Part shown: positions 1 through 13,174 of the stretch, in pieces
Numbering within the stretch: the stretch's first letter is position 1
Layout: each line of letters opens with the position of its first letter
DNA from: Octopus vulgaris
Taxonomy: Eukaryota
Direction of reading: 5' to 3'
Length of the DNA stretch: 64,000 nucleotides
Assembly (NCBI GenBank): GCA_951406725.2
Contig: OX597835.1
Location: 37,448,001-37,512,000, forward strand
Program-made: the position numbers and the translations under genes
The notes under the pieces: generated by a model
Databases searched by the model: none
The model's input: only the letters and a program-made list of their open reading frames with translations
What the model was told of the DNA's origin: nothing

Positions 1-395
1 ATATATATATATATATATATATATATGAATATATGTATATGTATATATATGAATATATGTATATGTATGTATATGTATATATATATGTATGTATATGTAT
101 ACATATATATATGTATGTATATATATATGTATGTATATATATATGTATGTATATATATGTACATATATGTATATGTATGTACATATATGTATGTATGTAT
201 ATGTATATATATGTATATATATACATATGTATGTGTATATATATATGTATGTATATGTATATATATATATGTATATATATAAGTATATATGTATATTTAT
301 ATAAGTATATATGTATGTGTATATATATGTATGTATATATATATAAGTATATATGTATGTGTATATAAGTATATATGTATGTGTATATATGTATG

Positions 396-427
<32 letters not shown>

Positions 428-470
428 TGTATGTATATATGTGGGTATATATGCATGATGACGATGATGA
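1..470. repeat. (TA)n/(ATGT)n compound microsatellite
   Basis: Directly visible; overlapping Y/I/M/C-rich ORFs are artefacts. Confidence 0.95.
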
Positions 471-769
471 TATATAGATGTATACTCATATACATATACA
501 CCTACAAATGTATGTTTGTATCTCTCTCTGTCTGTCTATTTACCTATCTATTTATCAATCTATCTCTGTAGCTGTCTATCTCTATGTCTCTCTGTCTGTC
601 TATCCACATATGTATGTAGACATATAAACACACAAGTATGTGTGTGTTCGTATGCATAAGTATGTGTGTGTCTGCATGTGTGAGTGAGAGAGAGAGAGTT
701 TGTGTGCATGCATGCGTGTGTTAGGTAAACAAAGGTAATATACCCTGAACCCACGGTGTCACTCAATCA

Positions 770-935
770 GCCCTTCAGTTGTCTGTACACATCAATGGTT
801 TGGAAAGGAACAGAATGGAATGGAACTCCTCCATCTTTCCAATCTGCTGATTCCAGTTTGCTGATGTGTAATACATGTCCAAAGGGCCAATGACTCAATG
901 AAATCATGTTCTGGGTATGTAACCAGTCCCTGGAC
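770..935 (-). mobile_element. Possible degenerate LINE RT C-terminal fragment
   Basis: Manual minus-strand translation DWLHTQNMISLSHWPFGHVLHISK resembles the RW(F/Y)GHVLR motif of RTE-type ORF2. Confidence 0.3.
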
Positions 936-950
936 CTCCCCCTCCATCTT

Positions 951-1002
<52 letters not shown>

Positions 1003-1283
1003 CACCATTGTTTTAACATCCGCTTTTCTGTGCTTGCACGTGTTTTGTTCAGAATTTGTTGAGGTAGATTTTCTACGGCTGGGTGCCCTTCCTGTTGCCA
1101 ACACTTCTCTTGTTTCTCACTGTGGTAATATTTCCCCAAAGTGAGACGTGTTTCTCTGGAAGATCGGAAATGAAGGACACCACTTATATGAAAGAGAGGC
1201 TCCTTTACATGCAGCAAACAAAGTCAAGGCAAAGAGACAGTAACGCACATCCATCCGTCCCTGTATATTTATTTATATGTATG

Positions 1284-1324
<41 letters not shown>

Positions 1325-1424
1325 GTATATATATATATATATGAATAAACCATTATAATCATGTTATAAACATCTTTGTAACAATGTTATGCACACCACT
1401 GCAATAGTGTTATATATATATATA

Positions 1425-1613
1425 CTGCCATGATAGATCGTTAGCCACTACACAAATTTGTTTTCTCTCCTTGCTTTTTTCTGTGTCCCTTTCTGTAGAA
1501 GAGCGTAGGCTCGAAACATAAAAGACTTTTTCTATTCCTGAGCATTATACTAATACATCTGTTTGTTTTGTACACCACCTGTCTTCGTCTTTTATTTTTT
1601 TCGTAAACTCTCC

Positions 1614-1615
<2 letters not shown>
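1425..1615 (+). mobile_element. Short (TA)n-flanked element, probably Penelope-derived, with hammerhead-like motif (family H1, copy 1)
   Basis: Homologous to 39725-39897 and 59488-59672 on the minus strand; flanked by TA tracts. Confidence 0.7.
1489..1524 (+). ncRNA. Minimal type I hammerhead-like motif, A6U core variant
   Basis: CUUU-CUGUAGA-A-GAGC(GUAG)GCUC-GAAA-C-AUA-AAAG; stem III mutated in this copy. Confidence 0.5.
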
Positions 1616-1667
<52 letters not shown>

Positions 1668-2039
1668 GTATAAATTAATAAAAACAGCTATTTTATTGTC
1701 TCACTTGGGTTTCAGTTGCATAAGATCTTGATTGTGTCGAGAATGATGAAAACTTTTTGAAAACTTTGCATAGGCCTCTGAGGTGCTATCACCAAGCTTT
1801 TGGCAAAATTCATTGCAGATTCTCTGCATATCTTTCTCTGCCATGATCACACACTACACACCTTCCTTCCAAGCACTGCTGTAAACAGCGGAAGAGAGCT
1901 AGAATGTTAAAACTTGGTGCACATGCACAGCAGAGTTCAGGGTCAATCTCTGCCTAGCGGCTTCACTCGGCATGCTTCAGCTTTGTTACTATAGCAATAG
2001 TCCAGATACTTACTGAAAAAACCTAGTATCTACATATAA

Positions 2040-2235
2040 GGCAGTGAGATGGCAGAATCATTAGCACAGCCGGCAAATTGCTTGTGGTATTTTATTTGTC
2101 TTTAGGTCCTGAGTTCAAAACTCAGCCAGGGTCAAATTTGCTATTCATCCCTTTCATAGCAGTTGGGAACTGGGAGTCAATGTAATTGACTTCTCTCCCT
2201 TGAAATTGCAGGTCAGGTGCCAAGATTTGAATCCA
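2040..2235 (+). mobile_element. tRNA-derived SINE with Meta-like central domain (family M), diverged
   Basis: gagatggcagaatcattagcac...gagttcaaa...gtcaaatttgctattcatcc matches other family M copies. Confidence 0.75.
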
Positions 2236-2252
2236 TATCTGTCTGTCTATAC

Positions 2253-2299
<47 letters not shown>

Positions 2300-2569
2300 G
2301 AGTTTGTGTGTCTGTGTGTAGACATTTATGTTTTTTATAGAAATCCACATTCATTGTCCGATTGACCTCAAATTTTATACATATACTCCATAAAGCATTT
2401 CGCCCAGCGTGCTAACGTTTCTGCCAGTTCGCCGCTTTATATATACCACTCTATGTAGTATACACCATTGTAACAGTGTTATTTTACACCACTACTATTA
2501 TACTACAGCCCAAACTACAGTTTTACTACCTCATAACACTCTGCTATACCATACTCTATGACATTATAT

Positions 2570-2892
2570 ATACCATCACCATCACCACTACATTGCAACA
2601 CATCTATTATGCGACCACCACTACCACCGCCACAGTCACTACCATCTCCACCACCACCACCACCACCACCACAGTCACTACCATCACTACCATCTCCACC
2701 ACAACCACCACCACCACCACCACAGTCACTACCATCACCATCACAACCACCACCACCACCACCACCACCACAGTCACCACAGTCACTACCATCTCCACCA
2801 CAACCACCACAGTCACTACCATCACCATCACAACCACCACCACCACCACCACCACCATTACAACTACCACTACCATCACTACCGCAACCACC
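2570..2892. repeat. (ACC)n-based compound repeat
   Basis: ACC runs with recurring ACAGTCACTACCATC unit. Confidence 0.9.
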
Positions 2893-3696
2893 TTATGCTG
2901 CATTTTGAATACCTGCCAAGCTTTGCATCAGTTTTCAAGGTTTTCCTTTGACTGAAAGACGGGAGATGGGGAGAGGGAGGGGAGAGTGCGAGAGAGCGGG
3001 AAGAACAGGTAAGAGGTTGTGAGAGATAGACCCACACACACAATTACAGAGATATACAGGAATACACACAGGTATATTGAGCTAAACTGAAATAAGGAAA
3101 GCTTCATAGATAGATAGATAGACAGACAAACAGATTATATATCAGAGAGAGAGGGAGAGAGAGAAAGACAAATTGATTGATAGATGGATAGATAGATAGA
3201 TACAGAGTTGATGGAAATCTAGAAATATTAAAAGACAAAATGGGATACATTGAAGTTATATATATATATATATATTCGTATATATGCATATATACATATG
3301 TATATAAATGCATGTGTGTATACATGTATATATATATATATATGGGTGTGTGTGTGTGTGTGTGTATCAATGCATGTCTATATATATTTATTTATGCACA
3401 CACATGCAGTCATACACAATTTATATTCACCCTGTGCATATGTGTCTGTATAAATTTAACTCCCCCCTATATTTCTCTCTCCTCCCTGCATGTATATATA
3501 TATATACACACACATATATATATATATAGGCACAAATATATGAACATATGTATGGGTGTGTATGTATATGCACATGTGTATATATATATATATACACAAA
3601 CATATATATATATATGCACAAACATATATATATATATATATATATAAACATATATATATATATATATATATATACACAAACATATATATATACACA

Positions 3697-3739
<43 letters not shown>

Positions 3740-3842
3740 TTTATTCAAAAGCAGCAGAAAATTCAACAAAAAAAATAGGCACAAATATATGAACATATGT
3801 ATGGGTGAGTATGTATATGTACATGTGTATATATATACATAC

Positions 3843-3878
<36 letters not shown>

Positions 3879-4540
3879 TGAGAAGGGGGGGGGAGAAGTA
3901 GAGTTAGACAAGTTACAGCGGGATCTTTAAAAAGCTGTCACAGCATCAATCAATGTTTCTGGCTTTGATTTCATTTATTTATTTATTTATTCAGTTTCAA
4001 AACAGCTTTGCTCTCTGGGATAACTCCCACTTCGTTTATTGATATTTTCTTCACCTCAAACTACTCCTCACACTCTCTTTCCTCCCCATTCATTCGCTTT
4101 CATTGTACCTACTACAGCGAGTAGGCAGTGTCTATTTATATCTCTCTGGCTGTGACCCTGGAGTTGTTGCTGTTGTTGCAGTGGTAGTTGTAGTAGTAGT
4201 AGTAGTTGTTGTTGTTTGCATTTCGTCCTTTGTAAACCTTGATCCTCATCCGGCAAACATATGATCAAAGGCATTCCGGATATGACTAACCTGTCTTTTC
4301 CCTGTGCATATCCACTCCAGGAAGTTACCATTTAATATGTCCATTTTTAGAAATTTTTGAAATAATGTGATCGGGGTGGAGATTTAGCTGCTATTTCTAG
4401 CAAGTTTACCCACCATATCGAAGCACTTTTGTTTCAATATATTGTGATGGTTTGTAGAATATTATGGTTTGGTTATGCCATATGCACACACACACACACA
4501 CATGTATGTATGTATGTTATTATTTTGTTTTATTTAAAGA

Positions 4541-4900
4541 CTAGCACTATGACCTGGCAACGCCGGGTCATAGTGCTAGTGCATGCATATACAGCTGCAT
4601 GCATGCGCACATACATGCGAGTACTGTCCAAATCTCCGACCAATCACATACAGCTAGCTGACATTCAATTGGCGTATCAAGTTTCAGGCATTTTGATTGG
4701 GTTTTAGATAGAAAATTCACAAAAAAGTCACTTCTATTGATTTTTTTAATGGCTTTTCAGGGTGACTGGGGAAATGTAAAGATGTGCACGACCACCCTTG
4801 GACGGTTTTGAATGACCATAGAAAGTGCGAGCCCTCTAACTAAAAAATTGTGGATTTGTATAAAGGACACACACACAGACATTTTGCCGTTTATATATAT
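4541..4900 (-). mobile_element. Non-autonomous Helitron-like element
   Basis: CTAG terminus at 4541 with adjacent hairpin; AT-rich 5' end like the other Helitron copies. Confidence 0.6.
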
Positions 4901-4901
4901 A

Positions 4902-5748
4902 CTAGCAGAATTGCCCGGCGTTGCTCGGGGCTGAATTACTTGAAAGTACTGTTAATGATTGCACTGAATTATGATGATTATTCAGGCAAATATTGATATA
5001 AGTTTACGCTGAGAGATAAGGACTTAACGATCAAACGTGTGCCATTGCATTGTTTTGGGGGAACCAAATTTCTGATGAGCATTATAGGGGCACCAACTTT
5101 AAGTTTGAGAATGTGTGGTGGTAGTCCGGGGTGCTCAAAGGAATTGAGTACCTCTATTGGATAGTTGATGACGTCCTGTGGGTCAGGAGTTGTATTGATA
5201 GACTGATATACATAGACTTCCCCAGGAATGAGTTTTAGCATTTCATCTTTAATATGGTGAACAGTTTTATTCCTTGGGGCCAGTATAGCCTTTTGGCCAA
5301 TCCAATCCATATTCTGATAATTAGCTTGTAGATCTTGGAACACTGCATCTCTGAGATCAGAAGGCGTCTTAACAATGGTACAAATGGAATCGATGGCAAT
5401 ATTACCATTTTCATCCCCTGGTATTTTGCCTTCACCAAGTGCAAGGAGGGTGTGAGGAAATGCTGCTGATGTGATATTACGTCGCATATGAGCACGCATA
5501 TTGGTGTGAAGTTTGAGAGTTACTTCCCTTTATTTAAAAAAATATGCATTAAAATGGGAAAAAATGATGGTAAATTATTTGTAAAATCGTAGACTCATCG
5601 TAGACGCGTGCTAATACCCAGAAGGGCTCGATATGAATCACGACTATAAGATACTCAGTTTTGGTTAAACTGCATCGCAAAATGTGGGAGTAGTTAGGAA
5701 TCTAAATCGGAGTAGACAGACACACAACCTTTCTTTTATATATAAAGA
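4902..5748 (-). mobile_element. Non-autonomous Helitron carrying a PIF1 helicase fragment
   Basis: 5' TC at 5748; 3' hairpin CCCGAGCAACGCCGGG then CTAG at 4902; ends shared with 42262-42615 and 49953-50458. Confidence 0.85.
4978..5499 (-). pseudogene. Helitron RepHel PIF1-like helicase fragment
   Basis: Motifs AILAPRN, LNSFEHPGLPPHILKLKVGAPIMLIRNL, CNGTRLIV. Confidence 0.9.
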
Positions 5749-6969
5749 TTTTCGTTCTAAAAAACTTTGTATGGAGTGAATGGTTACCTCTATGGAAATA
5801 TATACACGCACATTATACATACATGTGTGTATAGATGAATATATAAATACATTTAAATATCTATATACACTTTTGGGCGATCTTTCTGCTTCTTAGAGAT
5901 AACTTTAGATCTTATTTCCGTCCTAAAAAACTTTGTATGGAGTGAATGGTTACCTCTATGGAAATATATACACACACGTTATACATACATGTGTGCATAG
6001 ATGAATATATAAATACATTTATATATCTATATACACTTTTGGGCGAACTTTCTGCTTCTTAGAGATAACTTTAGATGTTATTTTCGTCCTAAAAAACTTT
6101 GTGCGGAGTGAATGGTTACCTCTATGGAAATATATACACACACATTATACATACATGTGTGTATAGATGAATATATAAATACATTTAAATATCTATATAC
6201 ACTTTTGGGCGATCTTTCTGCTACTTGGACATACTTTAGATCTTATATTCGTCCTAAATAACTTCGTATGAATTGAAAAAGAAAATGAATTGAAATTTTT
6301 AAGAAAGGAATTTGTTTACATACATGTGTAAAATGGCAAATGTTTGTGCAGTTGTCCGAAATGGAACAAGGGTAAATGTGTGGAACTGATGTATTATAAT
6401 GAATAGTCCTTCTTGTTGTGAATATTAATTTGATGAATATGAACTGAAAACCAGTGGTGTAGCATAGGTGATCTTCTTCTAGCAAAAAGGATGACCAGTC
6501 TGAATGGGTCATCCCTGTCACACACACACACACACAGTCACACACACACACACGCACCCTCACACACACACGCAAATACACACACACACGTTAGCTTACA
6601 ATGTCTGTCAACAATTGACACTGTCGTATATATTAGCATGTCTATGTGTCTAAAGAGGAAGTGGGAGTAATAGGCAGAGTAAAGGCTTCAAAGTGAAAGA
6701 GTGAAATGTTAAAATATTGAGTTTTCTCGAATTTTGTCTTAATTGGGGGTGAAATTGAAAGAAATTTTGTATGGCATGACCGAATGGAAGTACTTGTAAA
6801 AATCATAGGTAAACTGTAATTGAAGAAATTGTGTGAGGAGTAAATCGTTATGTATTTATTTGTTTCTGTTTGCTGTTTTTTTTTTTTTTTTTAGTGTTGT
6901 AAGGTACATTTGCAAAGAGAAAGTAGTAGAAATTAGGGTGATAGCATGAGTGAAGCAGTTCGCTCCGTT

Positions 6970-7011
<42 letters not shown>

Positions 7012-7230
7012 AGCACACACTAAGAAAAGCACTTCACTTACACACCACAAAGTGAGTTTTCTCGAAGTTTTGCTTAATTGGGGGTGAAATTTGAAAAACT
7101 GTACCTGCAACGACCCGATGTATTCTACTCTTAAAAATGCTAGGTAAATTGTAATTGAAGAAATCCTATATTGTAGATTTCTATAAGAGACAAAGGGAGG
7201 CAGATAAAATCTGCCTTTTATAATAAGAGA
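5749..7230 (-). mobile_element. Probable second Helitron-family segment with internal repeats
   Basis: Minus-strand 5' end TCTCTTATTATAAAAGGCAG at 7230; internal duplication of about 6715-6830 and 7053-7165; no 3' CTAG end located. Confidence 0.45.
5757..6265. repeat. 166-bp tandem repeat, about 3 copies
   Basis: ctaaaaaactttgt recurs at about 5757, 5923 and 6089, partial near 6254. Confidence 0.9.
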
Positions 7231-7239
7231 TATATAGAG

Positions 7240-7700
7240 AGATTTCTTGCCAAAAGAGGAAGACCTGGTTTCTAACTTAGATCCAAGCCTCCTTCATTGG
7301 AATTTCCACATCAACAACACAGTATGTTTGTATGTATGTATGTATGTATGTATGTATACATGTATGTATGTATATATGTTTTATTTTATGTATGCATTCT
7401 CATGCATATACTTGCATATCTAGATATGCTCATATATACCTAAATGACAAACTTCTGGAAGGTTTTACAGATATTTACAGTTCCAGTGCTGGATTGGATC
7501 TGTAGTCTTCGAATCAGCTTTTTCTTTCTAGTTTTGAGAAGCCTAATTTCTCAAGATTGGTATTTAGGCAGTGGGTTACATATCCCAAGGCCCCAATAAT
7601 TACAGGTATAAGCCTGAACTTGTAATCTGGATAGAGTAGCTATAGATTCCTCAATAGTTCTGCATCAGTATTTTCTTTGTCGCTGATCTTCAGCTTTATG
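7240..7700 (-). mobile_element. Dong/R4-like LINE 3' fragment (RLE endonuclease C-terminus plus 3' UTR)
   Basis: Manual translation LLYPDYKFRLIPVIIGALGYVTHCLNTNLEKLGF...LQIQSSTGTVNICKTF; 3' UTR repeated at 44340-44430. Confidence 0.75.
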
Positions 7701-7704
7701 AGAA

Positions 7705-8190
7705 AATCATCATCATCATTGTTCGACTGTGGTCGAGACAATGGAATTTACTATGTTACGCCAGACTTCACGGTCCATCATAGCATTACAGAGGTCCTGT
7801 TGCTTGATGTCTGTATCCCTGGAGATTACATCAGGGTAGGAGAGTGTGCGCCCTCTGGTATCGTGAACAGATGACTTCCAGAAGAGAAGAGTAGAAATTA
7901 CCTCATTTTCAGCTCTACAACAATGTCCAGCAAACTGGACTCTCCTACCTTTCACAAGAGATGACACAGGTGGTAGTTTCCCATACATTTGTACTTTGGT
8001 TGGATGATGCTTCCACAAGATATTTTGAGCTCTCATAAAGAGGCGAGTGTAAGTTCCATCCAACTGCCTCGCAAGCTTCTTTGATAACGTCCAGGTTTCT
8101 GAGCCATATAGTAGAATTGGTTCGACTGGCTTTGAAGATTTTAAGTTTGAAATCTCTACTTAGATTTGATGACCTGATCTTATGCATATC
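7705..8190 (-). mobile_element. RTE-clade LINE 3' fragment
   Basis: PILLYGSETW and RRVQFAGHCCR motifs across a frameshift; (GAT)n tail near 7706. Confidence 0.85.
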
Positions 8191-8257
8191 TGGTCATCAG
8201 ATCTTATGCATATGTGAACACCTGTTGTATACAAGTGTGTGTATGTGTGTGTGATGA

Positions 8258-8897
8258 CACATAGCTTAGTGATTAGGGTATTCAGCTCATAATCGTAAGA
8301 TCATGAGTTCAATTCCTGGCAGCACACTGTGTCGTTGAGGGAGATACTTTATTTCACTCATCATCATCATCGTTTAGTGTCCGCTTTCCATGCTGGCATG
8401 GGTTGGACGGTTCAACTGGGGTCTGGGAAGCCAGAAGGCTGCACCAGGCCCAGTCTGATCTGGCAGTGTTTCTACGGCTGGATGCCCTTCCTAACGCCAA
8501 CCACTCCATGAGTGTAGTGGGTGCTTTTTACGAGCCAGACGAGGCTGGCAAGGCTGGCAACGGCCACGATTGGATGGTGCTTTTTACGTGCCACCGGCAT
8601 GGAAGCCAGTTGGGGTGGCGCTGGCAACGACCATGTTCGGATGGTTCTCTTATGTGCCACCAGCACTGGTATCACAGCTACAATTTCCATTGATGTTGAT
8701 CGATTTTGATTTTGATATGAGTAGTACTTCAAAGGCCAGCCTTGTCACACTCTGTGTCATACTGAATTTCCCTGTAAAATATGGTAAGAGCACATGTGTC
8801 TGTGGAATACTCAGCCACTTGCATGTTAATTTTATGAAGAGGCTGTTCTGTTGATCAGATCAACTGGAACAATTGTTGTAACTGAAGGAGTACCAGT
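8258..8897 (+). mobile_element. tRNA-derived SINE with V-domain-like core (family V), interrupted by an RTE 3' UTR copy
   Basis: A box tagcttagtga, B box gagttcaattcc; element resumes near 8730; matches 12095-12835. Confidence 0.7.
8359..8715 (-). mobile_element. RTE LINE 3' UTR-derived copy
   Basis: (CAT)n tail plus gctggatgcccttcctaacgccaaccactcc, same as 34555-35060. Confidence 0.85.
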
Positions 8898-9625
8898 TAT
8901 ATATTTACAGGTGTGTCAAAGTTGACTTCACTTTTCATCCTTTCAGGATCGATAAAATAAGGACCAGTTGAACATAGGGGTCAAGGTAACTGACAAGCCC
9001 CCACCTTCGAAATTGCTGGCCTTGCACCAAAATTTGAAACCATTATTATTCCTTTATTTGTTTTTGTCTTTGTTTTTTAAACCTTCAAGAAAATTCTTGA
9101 CCAAGACATTATTACATCCTGTAATTCCATTCTTCATTTTATCTCATTTCATTTCACCTTATCCCAACCCATCTTATCTCATTATCTCATCTTAATAAAC
9201 TCTTCTAACCCACCACCTCTCTCTCTCTCTCTCATCTTTTTCCACCCCACTATCTTTCTCTTTCTCATATCTAAAATCTCTCTTTAGTTCTCTCTCCCTC
9301 TCTTTCTATCTCTCTCTCATTTTTTCATCTCAGACTTTCTCAGCTTCTTCCTCTCTCTCTCTGTCTTTCTTTCCCTCTCTCTCTCAGCTTAATCTCACCA
9401 TATAAACCCTTCTCTCTTCCACTCACACTCACTTTACAAGACCTTCTCTTTCTCTCGTTTCCTCTCTCCCTCTCATTCCTTCTCCCTCCTATATTAATAA
9501 ACTCATCCACTCACCCTCTACCCCACCCACCTAACTACTAACACTGTTTTTCCATTCATTTAGTTTCTGCCTAGTTACATGTTTAGGTGGAGAAGGTCCT
9601 GAAAGCCTTGTGGCTGGGGGGAGTA

Positions 9626-9659
<34 letters not shown>

Positions 9660-10449
9660 ATGGTGGTGGTGTAGTTCTAGTGGTTCTGCAGTTGGTGAAA
9701 AAGAAGAAGAAGCATTAATTTGTTCATGAAAAGATTCTTTCAAGAAGCCAAAACAGAGGATATGGGGTACATGGTGTTTCCTTGTTATTAATATCCATAC
9801 TACCCACTACCACATCCACCATCACCATCACCACCTCTACCGCCCCGGTACTGCTATCGCTATTAGCACGATTACCACCTCCTTGCCAGTCGCTCTGATT
9901 TGAAAGCAATCAACGATAAACTCCTGAATTGCATGACTGGTGCTGAGTAAGTTCATTAAAAAGAAGAAAAAAAATCCTTTCCACTACTTCACAGAGATGG
10001 CCACCACTACTGATCAAGCTGCTCTGTTCATTCGGAGTTTCTGACTTTAATCTCCCTCCTCTTCTACTTTCTCTCTCCCTCACTTTCCCTCCTCATCAAA
10101 TTGTTCTTTCTCTTTTCATTCTTTTTCTATCTTTTCTCTTTCTATTCTTTCTTTTCCCCTTTCTCTCCCTTTTCTGTCTGTCTCTTTCCTTTCTATTTTC
10201 TTTCTTCTCTATCTCCCCCTCTCTCTCACATACACACTTGTAAATATCGTACTCCCTCCTCTTCTGAGTATATTAGGGAAGGATTTCACTGATACTCTTT
10301 TTCTTTCTTATCTCACTACAAGTTTATTTTCCTTCTTTCTCTCTTCCATCTCATTCTCTTTCTCTTTCCCATCTCTTTACCCTTTCTCCTATCCCCCTTC
10401 TCTCAATTCTTACACTATCTCCTTACAACATAACCATCCTCTCAATACA

Positions 10450-10710
10450 TCCCACCATCTCTTTCTACTTAACACCATGCCTTCCTCTCTATACATCCCA
10501 CTATCTCTTTCTCTTTCTACTTAACACCATGCCTTCCTCTCTATACATCCCACTATCTCTTTCTCTCTACTTAACACCATGCCTTCCTCTCTATACATCT
10601 CACTATCCCTTTCTCTCTACTTAACACCATACCTTCCTCTCTATACATCCCTCTATCTCTTTCTCTCTACTTAACACCATGCCTTCCTCTCTATATAATC
10701 CACTGTCTTT
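10450..10710. repeat. 50-bp pyrimidine-rich minisatellite, about 5 copies
   Basis: ttaacaccat at 10469, 10521, 10571, 10621, 10671. Confidence 0.9.
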
Positions 10711-11442
10711 TTCTCTCCATATCCCAACATTTCTTTCCATTTCCTTTCTCTCCCTACCATCATTCCACTGTCTTTCTAATATCCACTCTATCTTCAACCA
10801 CTCATTACCATCTCCCTTGCTCTCTATCACTCCAACTCCATCTATTCTCTCCCTCTGACTATTCCTTTTTTTCTTTACCATGCACCATCTCCTCTCTTTA
10901 ATCCATCAATCTTTCTCTTTTTCTTACCGTTCCTCTCTACTGCCTCTATGTGATCTTGACCTGATAGAAAAAGCAGCCAAATAACCCTCAAATAGCATAT
11001 CAACCACCTTAACCAATAGAAAGGCATTACATAACATAGTTCTTGAAATTTCTAAACGGGTGATATGGCAGGATGAATAAATGGAAAGGTGGATGGGTGG
11101 AAGGGTGGATGGGTGGAAGGGTTGAAGGGTGGATGGGTCGAAGGGTGGATGGAAGAGTAGATGGATGGATGAATGGATTGATCGATGAATGGATTAACGA
11201 AAAGGTGGATGGATGGATGGATGCTTGGATGACTAGATGTTAGGTAGGGTGTTAGGTAAGCAAGTAGGCTTGATAGATGGTACATAAACTAGGTTGATTG
11301 ATTGATAAAAGCAGATTGATGGATAGATAGGTAGATGGATGGATGGATAATATATGTAAATATCTTTTATCCATTACTGTAACAAGTAACTTTAATTGCA
11401 TATAACCACATTATATTCACATTACAAGCATACATATGCATG

Positions 11443-11483
<41 letters not shown>

Positions 11484-11699
11484 GTACATACATACATACA
11501 CTCTCACAAAGATATATAAACATACATATATATGTATACACATACAAATATATATATGTACAGGCACACACACACACACAAGCATGTAAAATATATTTGA
11601 ATAAGATGTTGAACATTTATACGAAAACATTCATTTCTATTTATTCAAACATATACAATTAAGGAATGGTAATTGGCAGAGAACAAACAGCTGCAATAA

Positions 11700-12060
11700 G
11701 TCAAACAGATGCAGTTTAAAGATGTACCAAGGTAATTATAGGTGAACTGAGACAATTGAAGTTGCAGCAAAACAATTAGAGTTGTACTTAATATTACAGA
11801 ATTTGCACCAAGGCCATTAAAACTGCACCGGAGCAATTAGAGTTGAACCAGGACAATTGAAGATGCATCGATGCAATTGATGTATCATTGAGTCGATTGA
11901 TGCTGCACCGAGAACCATTAAAATTGCTCTGTTGTTTTTAGAGTTGCATAGAGAATATTAACAGAGCAACAAAGGTTATTAAAATCATTTTATTATCATT
12001 AAACTTATTTAAAGTTCTACTGTAACAATGAAAATGGCATTAAGGCCATTAAAGTCAGAC
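11700..12060. repeat. Degenerate 20-bp minisatellite
   Basis: Units such as caattgaagttgcagcaaaa, caattagagttgaaccagga, caattgaagatgcatcgatg. Confidence 0.7.
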
Positions 12061-12094
12061 TGAAGCTATTTTCTGGAAATTAATATGTGGGTGA

Positions 12095-12835
12095 AAGCAC
12101 GTGGTTTAGTGGTCAGGATATTCAGCCCATGATCGTAAGGTCATGAGTTCAATTCCTGGCAGCACACTGTATCCTTGAGCGAGACACTTTATTTCACATT
12201 GCTCCAGTCCACTCACCTGGCGAAAATAAGCACTACCTGTAATTCAAAAGGCCAGTCTTGTCACATTCTGTTTTATGCTGAATCTTCCTGAGAACTACAT
12301 TAAGGGTATGTGTGTCAAGGGCTGCGAGCTGGCAGAAATGTTAGCACGCCGGGCGAAATGCTTAGCAGTATTTCGTCTGCCACTACGTTCTGAGTTCAAA
12401 TTCCGCCGAGGCAGACTTTGCCTTTCATCCATTTGAGGTCGATTAAATAAGTACCAGTTACACACTGGGGTCGATATAATCGACTTAATCTGTTTGTCTG
12501 TCCTTGTTTGTCCCCTCTGTGTTTAGCCCCTTGTGGATAGTAAAGAAATAGGTATTTCGTCTGCCGCTACGTTCTGAGTTCAAATTCCGCCGAGGTTGAC
12601 TTTGCCTTTCGTGGTCGATTAAATAAGTACCAGTTATGCACTGGGATCGATGTAATCAACTTAATCTCTTTGTCTGTCCTTGTTTGTCCCCTCTGTGTTT
12701 AGTCCCTTGTGGGTAGTAAAGAAATAGGTATGTGTGTCTGTGGAGTGCTTAGCCACTGGTATGTTACTTTTGTGAGCAGGCTGTTCTGTTGATCAGATCA
12801 ACTGGAATCGTCATTATTATAACCGATGGAGCACC
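12095..12835 (+). mobile_element. Family V SINE interrupted by a family M dimer
   Basis: tRNA-like head; ggtatgtgtgtc duplicated on both sides of the insert. Confidence 0.75.
12320..12728 (+). mobile_element. Family M SINE, tandem dimer
   Basis: gagctggcagaaatgttagcacgccgggcgaaatg head followed by two copies of the body. Confidence 0.85.
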
Positions 12836-13174
12836 AATCATGTAGGTGAAACTGTCTTATGATCATTTCCTGCACCATTCTAAACATGTGTCTCCAGTAC
12901 CAGAGCAGTTGACCTGGAAAGACTTCCTGAACTCTGATCTATGGACCCTATTGAATAATGTTACTTTAGAGACCTAGGCTTTTAGACCAAGAATGAGATT
13001 AGAAAATTACTAGTTTTAAACCTCACAACGTGAGAAAATATAAGGACACAGATCATGTCATATAACCAGCTGGAGATGATGTCTCCTGGGGCTAAATTAC
13101 AGCAACATTAGTCCTAAACCAGGACTGCCATGTTTATGTTGGCAAACAATCTACTACCAAGAATGAAGTGAGAT

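Noticed and set aside
2476-2955. Mucin-like Thr-rich or extensin-like Pro-rich ORF
   Set aside because: ACC repeat open in several frames; no signal peptide, domain or splice support
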